Source: Ranitomeya imitator (Eukaryota). From it: DNA of 64,000 bases. This document shows positions 34,201-46,200 of this stretch, piece by piece (positions within the stretch are counted from its first letter, which is position 1; each line of letters starts with the position of its first letter). Location of the stretch: NCBI RefSeq assembly GCF_032444005.1, contig NC_091291.1, forward strand, positions 141,174,001 through 141,238,000, in the 5' to 3' direction. The notes beneath the pieces were generated by a model. It was not told the origin of the DNA, searched no databases, and worked only from the letters and a program-made list of their open reading frames with translations. The position numbers were made by a program, and so were the translations under genes.

Positions 34201-37200
34201 TTTCACATCTGATGATCAGGTGAACTCACTGTTTAAGGCCTCTTACTACTGTCTCTTCTGCCTCGTGTAGCTCCTCTTACTTCTGCCTCTTCTGCCGCCT
34301 CGTGTAGCGCCTCTTACTTCTGTCTCTTTTGCCTCGTGTAGCGCCTCTTACTTCTGCCGCTTCCTACCTCATGTAGCGCCTCTTACTTCTGCCGCTTCCT
34401 GCCTCGTGCAGCGCCTCTTACTTCTGTCTCTTCTGCCGCCTCATGTAATGCCTCTTACTTCTGCCGCTTCCTACCTCGTGTAGCGCCTCTTACTTCTGCC
34501 GCTTCCTACCTCGTGTAGCGCCTCTTACTTCTGTCTCTTCTGCCTCGTGTAGCTCCTCTTACTTCTGCCTCTTCTGCCGCCTCGTGTAGCGCCTCTTACT
34601 TCTGTCTCTTTTGCCTCGTGTAGCGCCTCTTACTTCTGCCGCTTCCTACCTCGTGTAGCGCCTCTTACTTCTGCCGCTTCCTGCCTCGTGCAGCGCCTCT
34701 TACTTCTGTCTCTTCTGCCGCCTCATGTAATGCCTCTTACTTCTGCCGATTCCTGACTCGTGTAGCGCCTCTTACTTCTGCCTCTTCTGCCGCCTCGTGT
34801 AGCGCCTCTTACTTCTGTCTCTTTTGCCTCGTGTAACGCCTCTTACTTCTGCCGCTTCCTACCTCGTGTAGCGCCTCTTACTTCTGCCGCTTCCTACCTC
34901 GTGTAGCGCCTCTTACTTCTGCCGCTTCCTACCTCGTGTAGCGCCTCTTACTTCTGCCGCTTCCTGCCTCGTGTAGCGCCTCTTACTTCTGTCTCTTCTG
35001 CCTCGTGTAGCTCCTCTTACTTCTGCCTCTTCTGCCGCCTCGTGTAGCGCCTCTTACTTCTGTCTCTTTTGCCTCGTGTAGCGCCTCTTACTTCTGTCTC
35101 TTCTGCCGCCTCATGTAACGCCTCTTACTTCTGCCGATTCCTGCCTCGTGTAACGCCTCTTACTTCTGCCGCTTCCTGCCTCGTGTAGCGCCTCTTACTT
35201 CTGCCACTTCCTGCCTCGTGTAGCGCCTCTTACTTCTGTCTCTTCTGCCGCCTCATGTAATGCCTCTTACTTCTGCCGATTCCTGCCTCGTGTAGCGCCT
35301 CTTCTGCCACTTCCTGCCTCGTGTAACGCCTCTTACTTCTGCCACTTCCTGCCTCGTGCATCTCCACTTCCTGCCTCGTGTAGCGCCTCTTCTGCCGCTT
35401 CCTGCCTCGTGTAGCGCCTCTTCCTGGCTCGCGTAGCGCCTCTTACTTCCTCCGCTTCCTGCCTCGTGCAACGCCTCTTACTTCTGCCGCTTCCTGCCTC
35501 GTGTAACGCCTCTTACTTCTGCCGCTTCCTGCCTCGTGTAGCGCCTCTTACTTCTGCCACTTCCTGCCTTGTGCAGCTCCACTTCTGCCACTTCCTGCCT
35601 CGTGTAGCTCCTCTTACTTCTGCCACTTCCTGCCTCGTGTAGCGCCTCTTACTTCTGCCTCTTCCTGCCTCGTGCAGCGCCTCTTACTTCTGCCTCTTCC
35701 TGGCTCGCGTAGCGCCTGTTCTGCTGCTTCCTGCCTCATGTAGCGCCTCTTCTGCCGCTTCCTGCCTCATGTAGCGTCTCTTCTGCTCCTTCCTGCCTCG
35801 TGTAGCGTCTCTTCTGCTGCTTCCTGCCTCGTGTAGCGTCTCTTCTGCTGCTTCCTGCCTCGTGTAGCGTCTCTTCTGCTCCTTCCTGCCTCGTGTAGCG
35901 CCTCTTCTGCCGCTTCCTGCCTCGTGTAACGCCTCTGTGTCCACCTCGCGTAGCGCCTCTGTGGCCGCCTCTTACTTTTGCCGCTTCCTGCAGAGCGCCT
36001 GGGTCCTGTTGTCGGAGAACAACATCTGCTGTAACTCTTTGGTGGCCGTGCTCTACCACTTCATCCAGGCGGGAGAGAAGAAGGCGGCGGGGGCCATGCA
36101 GCGGACGCTGGGCCTCACTGCGGCCGGATTGTACTTCCTTCTGCTGGAAGTGCCAGGTGAGTGCCCCCGATATCATCTCGGGCATCGGGCCTGGTGCGAG
36201 GTCGGGGGAGGGGAGCAGCAATCGGCGATTAGTTTTTGGGCTCCTGGTTCTGTTCCACCTGTGTGGCCAAGTGTAACGTCGCGGGCTGTGACCGTCACAT
36301 GACTGCCGCTCTTCTCTATGGCAGGAAGTGTCGTCAATCGGGTGTTTCACCCCGTGCTGTTTGATAAGAGCGTGAGCTGCCTGGAGAAGTGCTGGCCCCA
36401 GGACCCGGATAGCAACCGGAAGAGGAAGAAGGACTCCACAAAAAGCTCCCAGGGCAACAACCGCGGAGGAAGGAAGAGGCCGAGACCACCCCGCCGGAAC
36501 GACACTGAGGTATGACCAGGAATGACGGGGCGGCGGGCACCACGGGGCATTCGGAGACCAAGATGCAGCGAGCTGCAGAACAGTCGGATCCGTGTGATCT
36601 CTCGTCTCCATGTTGTGTTGCCAGATGAGTGATGACTTGGACGAGGAGGCGCAGGAGGAGGACGTCTTCTTCTCTACCCACGACCTGAAGAACATCCGAG
36701 ACGCCATCATCCTCCTCCTGAACAACTTCCTGCGTCTCCTGCAGACGTTTTCCCTGAAGGAGAAGCCGCAGAGCTTGGTGCACTGTATGCAGGTGAGGAG
36801 CGGCCGCTGCAGTCCGACGCTCCGAGTCCTCGTGCCCACGGTCTGTCACCTGGCTGAGGGCGAGGCTGGCGCAGTGGGGCACGACCCGTTATTACAGCTC
36901 CTTTCTTAGCAGGGGTGTCCGCCTGGGAAATCCCATCATTCATAGGAGTGACGGCTGCTCTCCTCTTTTCTTCGCAGACCTTCATCAATCTCACCAGCTT
37001 TGAGACGGTCCCACAAGTTTTAGCATTTTCCAGTTCCAGGTGAGTTTTTCTGTGGCTTTTTGCCCTAAATAATGAGGTTGTGAGTTATCCCTTAATGTAC
37101 TGATTGCTGGGGGTCCCACCGATTGTGAAGACAGGGTGGTCCTGAGCAGCGCGAGACTCCCGGAGATAGTGGCAGTAAGTGAAGGGTGGCTGTGCTTGTT

Positions 37201-40200
37201 GGCCTGGCACTGCAGAGCCCCCTTCTTCAGGTTTCGGGTGGTCCTCCCAGGAATCGGTGAATATGGGGGTAACTTACAATAATGCTACAGTAAGGACCAG
37301 GCTGCGCCTCTGGTCAGAATTGTGTCTTCTCCAATGGTGGAAGCATCTGAGGAGCGCGGGCACTAATGATGGCGACATCCGGCCAGATGCCGATCAGCAC
37401 TTAAAAGCAGTTTTGCTATAAACTTGTAAGTGCTGCGCTCCTTTCCATGGAAACTTGCCACCTCTGAAAGCTTGCAGTGGAGGCCGGGAACCTTGGCAAT
37501 AACCTGTAGAATTACCAATTGCTCCTTTCTTGGGATGTGCTCGTTGTAGCTAACCTTTCATGTCTTTTTATATTTGCAGTTCACCCGAGCGGATGCAGTA
37601 CGTGCCACAGCTGGCGTACCACGGCTTGTGGCTGCTGTGTCTGCCCCTGCACGGAGACTGCAATCAGGTGCGGGGCGCGATCTGGTCTCTGTAACCTCTC
37701 CCTAAATAAACAGACAGTGTCGGGGCGGTGGGCCCCCGGGGCAGTGTCGGGGCGGTGGGCCCCCGGGGCAGTGTCGGGGCGGTGGGCCCCCGGGGCAGTG
37801 TCGGGGCGGTGGGCCGCCACCACCTACTAGGACCAGGGCAGCCCCCGCCTAAGGCGTTACTGACGGCTCAGAGGCTGTCACTTCTTCTAGGTTCCTTGCC
37901 CCTTCTGGTCTCCTCCCGATCCTGCTGCCATCGCCTTCACACGTTTTTCCTTTTCCCCTGTCAGACTCTTCGCCGTCTTTTCCAGCGCCTGCTGAGCGTC
38001 ATTCTCATGGTGAAGGGAGGCGAAGGGTCACACCCCACCCTGCTCAGCGTCACCGCTCCAGTCACCAGTGCCAGGGACCAGGCGGTCCGATTTGTCAGGT
38101 TAGTATCTGTGCTGTGTATCGCTGCCTTGTTGCATCGCTGTCATTTCTTATGGCCGCACCTAGTTTACATTGTAATCTGCACTTAGCTTTTTCATCCAGC
38201 AGATGGCGACGTCTGACCGGTGTCCTGATAATGTGTTTCTCCTCCGCAGTTTCCTGGTGGATGAGCTGAAGGAGGCGTCCTTCCCTGTTCTCCACATCTT
38301 ATTGCAGCACGTGTGTGTGAAGGTAAAGCGCCCACATATCGCCGACCTGCGCCCGAGGACGTCTCGTCTGCAGTTTATCTGTGGGTGTCCTGCACCTGCC
38401 GTTAGTGCTTGTGGTCCGGCACTTACCGTTAGCTGCTGCCTCCCAGATGCGAAGTGCGTCGCTGCAGAATACCCCCGTACATGCGCTTCAGTGTGAACAC
38501 GAGCCATGGGCTCCCAGTGCTCCGGGAGGGTCCGGATGCCGTCACTGCGCCCCGTTACCCGTACATCGCCGCCCCCAATGACTGGATCTAGGAGACTGAC
38601 ATGTGACTGCTCTTCTCTGCCGGATTCACACCTGTGTCCAGACCCAGCACCGGGCTCCCGCCTCCATCTCGAGAGTGTCATAGTGAGACTGTCAGGTCCG
38701 AGACAGAAGCCCCGCGGATGGTCCGTGCATCGCAGTCTGTACGCTCGTAACTGGCAAAACGCACGTGTGTGAATCCGGCCTTAAACTGGGGGACATCAGA
38801 TGTGATCGGATCAAGAAAGCAGCAGTCCGGGCCTGGCGTATTGGTGACCCCACCGCTGGATAGTGGGGGGATGTGGATATATGGCCGATGTGTGCAGCTC
38901 CGTCCATTGTGCAGAACCGCAGCGGCCGCTGCACTCAGCATCTAACCAGAGCCGATGCTGACCATTGGGGGCGCTGGGTGTCGGACCCCCGCTGATTTCA
39001 TACTATTATCCGATAGTTAGGTGATCAATGTGTTGTGACCGGACAATCTCCTGTATGAGGAGAACTTTCTCATAAGTTACAAATTCTGCTGACTAGTCAC
39101 AATTGTCCTGTTCATTTAGAGATGACTATCAGCGCGCACACTCCCTCCCTCCCTGCCGCGCGCACACTCCCTCCCTCCCTGCCGCGCGCACACTCCCTCC
39201 CTCCCTGCCGCGCGCACACTCCCTCCCTCCCTGCCGCGCGCACACTCCCTCCCTCCCTGCCGCGCGCACACTCCCTCCCTCCCTGCCGCGCGCACACTCC
39301 CTCCCTCCCTGCCACGCGCTGCCTGGCCGCACTCTCCCTGCCGCAATTTCCCTCCGTCATGCTCCTTTGGTTACGTTTTGTCTTCTAGTTCCCGGATAAG
39401 TCTGAGTACAGAACTTCTGCCGCCAACGCTCTGGTGAAACTACTAGAGAAGCTTCCGGACCCAGAATACGCCTCCTTCATAGACTGGCTGTACAAATACT
39501 CCCGCAACGCCAAGGTACGACGCACCTTCCTCTGCTCTTCCACGTGCAGCAGCCGCCGTCCTCTGCTCTTCCGCGTGCAGCAGCCGCCGTCCTCTGCTCT
39601 TCCGCGTGCAGCAGCCGCCGTCCTCTGCTCTTCCGCGTGCAGCAGCCGCCGTCCTCTGCTCTTCCGCGTGCAGCAGCCGCCGTCCTCTGCTCTTCCGCGT
39701 GCAGCAGCCGCCGTCCTCTGCTCTTCCGCGTGCAGCAGCCGCCGTCCTCTGCTCTTCCGCGTGCAGCAGCCGCCGTCCTCTGCTCTTCCGCGTGCAGCAG
39801 CCGCCGTCCTCTGCTCTTCCGCGTGCAGCAGCCGCCGTCCTCTGCTCTTCCGCGTGCAGCCGCCGCCGCCATCCTCTTTGCTGCTTCTTTCTAGATGCGA
39901 TCCAATAGATAGTTCTGCAATGTTTTATCTTCTACCTGATGGTTCCGACTCTGCTGTCTGTGGGTGACTGGAAACGTGTTCACAATCAGGTGAGAATTCA
40001 GAGACCTAAACCAAACGGCTGAGCGTTTTGCACAGTTGTATCAGCGTACTATTCCTTCCCTGAAGGTTTGTTGCAATGTGTCAGCGCAGACAGATCATGT
40101 AAGTGTGAACTCCAGACTTACTGATCAGAGGATTTTGTAGACTGGACGCGATTGTAACAAACTCCGAATAAGTTTAGTGTCGGGGAATGAACTGTTCAGA

Positions 40201-43200
40201 TTCTCTGACTGCCGACCGTGATCCTGAAAATGGTGAAAATTATGTTTTAAGGTTTTAATTGTAATGGTCCCTGTAACCACGACGACTTTAACCCCTTGTA
40301 CCGATCTCTCGGCACAGATCTCGTATCGAGTGTTTGCTCTGGACGTCGCCATCGCTCTGCTGGAGCTGCCGGAGCGGACGCCCGATGCTTCCCTCCCGGT
40401 GGAGAGAATAAAGTTTGTACAGCACAAGTTCCTGCTGCACGCCATGGTGTTCAGCCGCTGCTCCGACAAAGCCCCGACTGTGCGGAGTAAAGCGCTGTCA
40501 TGCCTGGCGCACTGTCTGGAAAAAAACTCCACGACTGTGTCCGAAGGAGTCACCGAGCTGCTGCAAGGAAGTAAGTACACCCGCGTCCTGACTAGTAGTA
40601 ATGTCTGCACCTTCTGCCTGCCTGCTGCTTAATAGAAGAAACTAATCCAGAGTTACATCCTGAATTATACCCCAGAGCTGCACTCACTATTCTGCTGGTG
40701 CAGTCACTGTGTACATACATTACATTACTGATCCTGAGTTACCTCCTGTATTATACCCCAGAGCTGCACTCACTATTCTGCTGGTGCAGTCACTATGTAC
40801 ATACATTACATTACTGATCCTGAGTTACATCCTGTATTATACTCCAGAGCTGCACTCACTATTCTGCTGGTGCAATCACTGTGTACATACATTACATTAC
40901 TGATCCTGAGTTACCTCCTGTATTATATCCCAGAGCTGCACTCACTATTCTGCTGGTGCAGTCACTATGTACATACATTACATTACTGATCCTGAGTTAC
41001 ATCCTGTATTATACTCCAGAGCTGCACTCACTATTCTGCTGGTGCAGTCACTGTGTACATACATTACATTACTGATCCTGAGTTACCTCCTGTATTATAC
41101 CCCAGAGCTGCACTCACTATTCTGCTGGTGCAGTCACTATGTACATACATTACATTACTGATCCTGAGTTACATCCTGTATTATACTCCAGAGCTGCACT
41201 CACTATTCTGCTGGTGCAGTCACTATGTACATACATTACATTACTGATCCTGAGTTACATCCTGTATTATACTCCAGTGCTGCACTCATTATTCTGCTGG
41301 TGCAATCACTGTGTACATACATTACATTACTGATCCTGAGTTACCTCCTGTATTATACTCCAGTGCTGCACTCATTATTCTGCTGGTGCAGTCACTGTGT
41401 ACATACATTACATTACTGATCCTGAGTTACATCCTGTATTATACTCCAGAGCTGCACTCATTATTCTGCTGGTGCAGTCACTGTGTACATACATTACATT
41501 ACTGATCCTGAGTTACATCCTGTATTATACCCCACTCACTATTCTGCTGGTGCAGTCACTGTGTACATACATTACTGATCCTGAGTTACATCCTGTATTA
41601 TACCCCAGAGCAGCACTCACTATTCTGCTGGTGCAGTCACTGTGTACATACATTACATTACTGATCCTGAGTTACATCCTGTATTATACCCCAGAGCTGC
41701 ACTCACTATTCTGCTGGTGCAGTCACTGTGTACATACATTACATTACTGATCCTGAGATACCTCCTGTATTATACTCCAGAGCTGCACTCACTATTCTGC
41801 TGGTGCAGTCACTGTGTACATACATTACATTACTGATCCTGGGTTACATCCTGTATTATACCCCAGAGCTGCACTCACTATTCTGCTGGTGCAGTCACTG
41901 TGTACATACATTACATTACTGATCCTGGGTTACATCCTGTATTATACCCCAGAGCTGCACTCACTATTCTGCTGGTGCAGTCACTGTGTACATACATTAC
42001 ATTACTGATCCTGAGTTACATCCTGTATTATACCCCAGAGCTGCACTCACTATTCTGCTGGTGCAGTCACTGTGCGGTCTGAATGTGTCCCGGTCGGGTC
42101 AGTAGTTTGGGTAAATAAGGGCGGATATGGGGTTTCGCTGCTGGTGCTCGGTGTGATGGCTGCATTTCCTGGATTTGTTCTTGGTCATTTTTTGCCTCTC
42201 ATTTCCCGTTCTCAGGCAGCTGTCGTACAATCTCTGCAGCCGAGGCAGCCACTGAGAGCACGGTGAACGGCACAGAAGGTAAGGGGGGATGTGAGTGGCA
42301 CCGTGGCCGGGTCTGGTGATGGCAGTTGGATGCTCTGTGGCAGGGTCTGGTAGCGTTTTGGCGTGCTGAGGTCTGGTGGGGGCAGTCGCGCGCTCCGTGG
42401 CCAGCTCTGGTGGTGGCGGTCGGATGCGCCGGGTCTGGTGGTGGTGGTCGGATGCGCCGGGTCTGGTGGTGGTGGTCGGATGTGCTGTGGCCAGCTCTGT
42501 TGGTGGCGGTCGGACGTGCTGTGGCTGGGTCTGGTGGTGGCGGTCGGACACACCGGGTCTGGTGGTGGTGGTCGGATGTGCTGTGGCCAGCTCTGTTGGT
42601 GGCGGTCGGATGTGCTGTGGCTGGGTCTGGTGGTGGCGGTCGGATGTGCTGTGGCCAGCTCTGTTGGTGGCGGTCGGACGTGCTGTGGCTGGGTCTGGTG
42701 GTGGCGGTCGGACACACCGGGTCTGGTGGTGGCGGTCGGACGCGCCGCGGCCGGGTCCGTTCATTATCTGCTTATGATATTGCCCCCGGCAGCTTCTACT
42801 CACAGCCGCAAGACCCCTGGTGCCCTGAGGACCATCGAGGTGACGGACGACTGTGACCCCATAGGGACTGATGGTGAGTGGCGCTGGACTCTCGTCCTCC
42901 AGCTGTTGTGAAACTACAACTCCCATCATGCATTGCTACATATTCCCGTGAGGGATCACATGGTCATCTGTGTCCGTTTTCGTACGTGGCAGACACATTT
43001 GTTTTCGTGGCTTTTCCAGGCAGGGACACGCTGGCGATGCTGCGGCTCAGAGCCGGCGACGAGAAGACGAATGTCCGGAAATCCGCACTGCAGGTGAGCG
43101 GTGATCATGGGGAGGATCGGTGATCGGCTGATCTCTCCAGGAATCTTGTGGATCTCCATCTCCCAGATCTTCTCTTCTCCAGGTCCTGGTGAACATCCTG

Positions 43201-46200
43201 AAGTACAACCTGATCCCCTGCAGCTCCAGTGATCTGTGCACCCTGCAGGACCGCTGCCGAGACCCCGCCGTGTCCGTGCGGAAGCAGGCGCTGACCTCCC
43301 TGACCGAGCTGCTGCAGGTGCGGCGTCTGCGCACTTCTCGTGCTACAGTCATTCAGGGGGTGTTTGTCTTTTAAGGCTCTATTCACATCCAGAGCTGCAC
43401 TGATTGCTTGGACGTGTGTCACACCTTGGACATTGCACCTCTTCCTCAGCAGATCCTGCTGTTCATAGGGGTAAAGTAATCAGCAGGAGATAAAGGGTTA
43501 ATAATGGAGACAAATGAGGCCGAGTTTCATTTTTTGGGTGCAGCTTTGGATGTGAACCGTAACTAATTTGCAAATTCATTAAATGTTATTTAAAGATTAC
43601 AGTAACCCATAAAGTCTCTAAATGGCTGCTAGAGTGAAGCTGCAGTGTAAAGCAGGTCTAACAGCTTCTTGCTGGCAGCAGATGGAAGCCTTTATTGTTT
43701 GCGTTCTCAAGCTGTAAAAACGATCTAATACTTCTCACAGCTGAGGTTTTGTTTCTGTTCTGGCTAGGCTCAGCCTCACAATGTGGCGGTGCAGAAGGCC
43801 TGTCTGACAGGGCTGATCCCGGTGGTGCTGGACACAGAGGTGACCGTGCAGGACAAAACCCTGGAGTGTCTGGAGCAGCTCCTCCTGCAGAGCATCAAGC
43901 ACCAGAACCGCTACCGGGAGGAGGACGAGAAGCAGAAGCTCAGCTGGGACCTACTGCACCTGCTGACCACCGAGAGCCAGGACCTCAGGTGGGACCTGCA
44001 GGACGGAGGGGGGGTGCATACATGCAGGATGCTGGGTTGGAAAGTGTGTGCAGGATGCAGGGGTGGTGCATGCTGGATGGAGTGGTGGTGTGTACACGCA
44101 GGACAGAGTGGTGGTGCGTGCAGGACAGAGTAGTGGTAGTGGTGGTGCGTGCAGGACGGAGTGGTGGTGGTGCATGTGTGCAGGACGGAGTGGTGGTGGT
44201 GCATGTGTGCAGGACGGAGTGGTGGTGGTGCATGTGTGCAGGACGGAGTGGTGGTGGTGCATGTGTGCAGGACGGAGTGGTGGTGGTGCATGTGTGCAGG
44301 ACGGAGTGGTGGTGGTGCATGTGTGCAGGATGGAGTGGTGCATGTGTGCAGGATGGAGTGGTGCATGTGTGCAGGATGGAGTGGTGGTGGTGCATGTGTG
44401 CAGGATGGAGTGGTGGTGGTGCATGTGTGCAGGACGGAGTGGTGGTGGTGGTGCATGTGTGCAGGATGGAGTGGTGGTGCATGTGTGCAGGACGGAGTGG
44501 TGGTGGTGGTGCATGTGTGCAGGATGGAGTGGTGGTGCATGTGTGCAGGACGGAGTGGTGGTGGTGGTGCATGTGTGCAGGATGGAGTGGTGGTGCATGT
44601 GTGCAGGATGGAGTGGTGGTGGTGCATGTGTGCAGGACGGAGTGGTGGTGGTGCATGTGTGCAGGACGGAGTGGTGATGGTGCATGTGTGCAGGATGGAG
44701 TGGTGGTGGTGCATGTGTGCAGGACGGAGTGGTGGTGCGGGTGAGCGAGCAGGACTCAGGCGTGAGAGGTGCAGGATGGAGTGGTGGTGGTGCATGTGTG
44801 CAGGACGGAGTGGTGGTGCATGTGTGCAGGACGGAGTGGTGGTGGTGGTGCATGTGTGTAGGACGGAGTGGTGGTGGTGCATGTGTGCAGGACGGAGTGG
44901 TGGTGGTGGTGGTGCATGTGTGCAGGACGGAGTGGTGGTGGTGTATGTGTGCAGGACGGAGTGGTGATGGTGCATGTGTGCAGGACGGAGTGGTGGTGCG
45001 GGTGAGCGAGCAGGACTCAGGGGTGAGAGGTGCAGGATGGAGTGGTGGTGGTGCATGTGTGCAGGATGGAGTGGTGGTGCATGTGTGCAGGATGGAGTGG
45101 TGGTGGTGCATGTGTGCAGGATGGAGTGGTGGTGGTGCATGTGTGCAGGATGGAGTGGTGGTGGTGCATGTGTGCAGGACGGAGTGGTGATGGTGCATGT
45201 GTGCAGGATGGAGTGGTGGTGGTGCATGTGTGCAGGATGGAGTGGTGGTGCATGTGTGCAGGATGGAGTGGTGGTGGTGCATGTGTGCAGGATGGAGTGG
45301 TGATGGTGCATATGTGCAGGATGGAGTGGTGGTGGTGCATGTGTGCAGGACGGAGTGGTGGTGGTGGTGGTGCATGTGTGCAGGACGGAGTGGTGGTGGT
45401 GGTGGTGCATGTGTGCAGGACGGAGTGGTGGTGCGGGTGAGCGAGCAGGACTCAGGGGTGAGAGGTGCAGGATGGAGTGGTGGTGGTGCATGTGTGCAGG
45501 ACGGAGTGGTGGTGGTGCATGTGTGCAGGACGGAGTGGTGGTGGTGCATGTGTGCAGGACGGAGTGGTGGTGGTGCATGTGTGCAGGACGGAGTGGTGGT
45601 GGTGCATGTGTGCAGGACGGAGTGGTGGTGGTGCATGTGTGCAGGACGGAGTGGTGGTGGTGCATGTGTGCAGGACGGAGTGGTGGTGGTGCATGTGTGC
45701 AGGACGGAGTGGTGGTGCGGGTGAGCGAGCAGGACTCAGGCGTGAGAGGTACAGGATGGAGTGGTGGTGGTGCATGTGTGCAGGACGGAGTGGTGGTGGT
45801 GGTGCATGTGTGCAGGACGGAGTGGTGGTGGTGCATGTGTGCAGGACGGAGTGGTGGTGGTGCATGTGTGCAGGACGGAGTGGTGATGGTGCATGTGTGC
45901 AGGACGGAGTGGTGGTGGTGCATGTGTGCAGGACGGAGTGGTGGTGGTGCATGTGTGCAGGACGGAGTGGTGGTGGTGCATGTGTGCAGGACGGAGTGGT
46001 GGTGGTGCATGTGTGCAGGACGGAGTGGTGGTGGTGCATGTGTGCAGGACGGAGTGGTGGTGGTGCATGTGTGCAGGACGGAGTGGTGGTGGTGCATGTG
46101 TGCAGGACGGAGTGGTGGTGGTGCATGTGTGCAGGACGGAGTGGTGGTGGTGCATGTGTGCAGGACGGAGTGGTGGTGGTGCATGTGTGCAGGACGGAGT

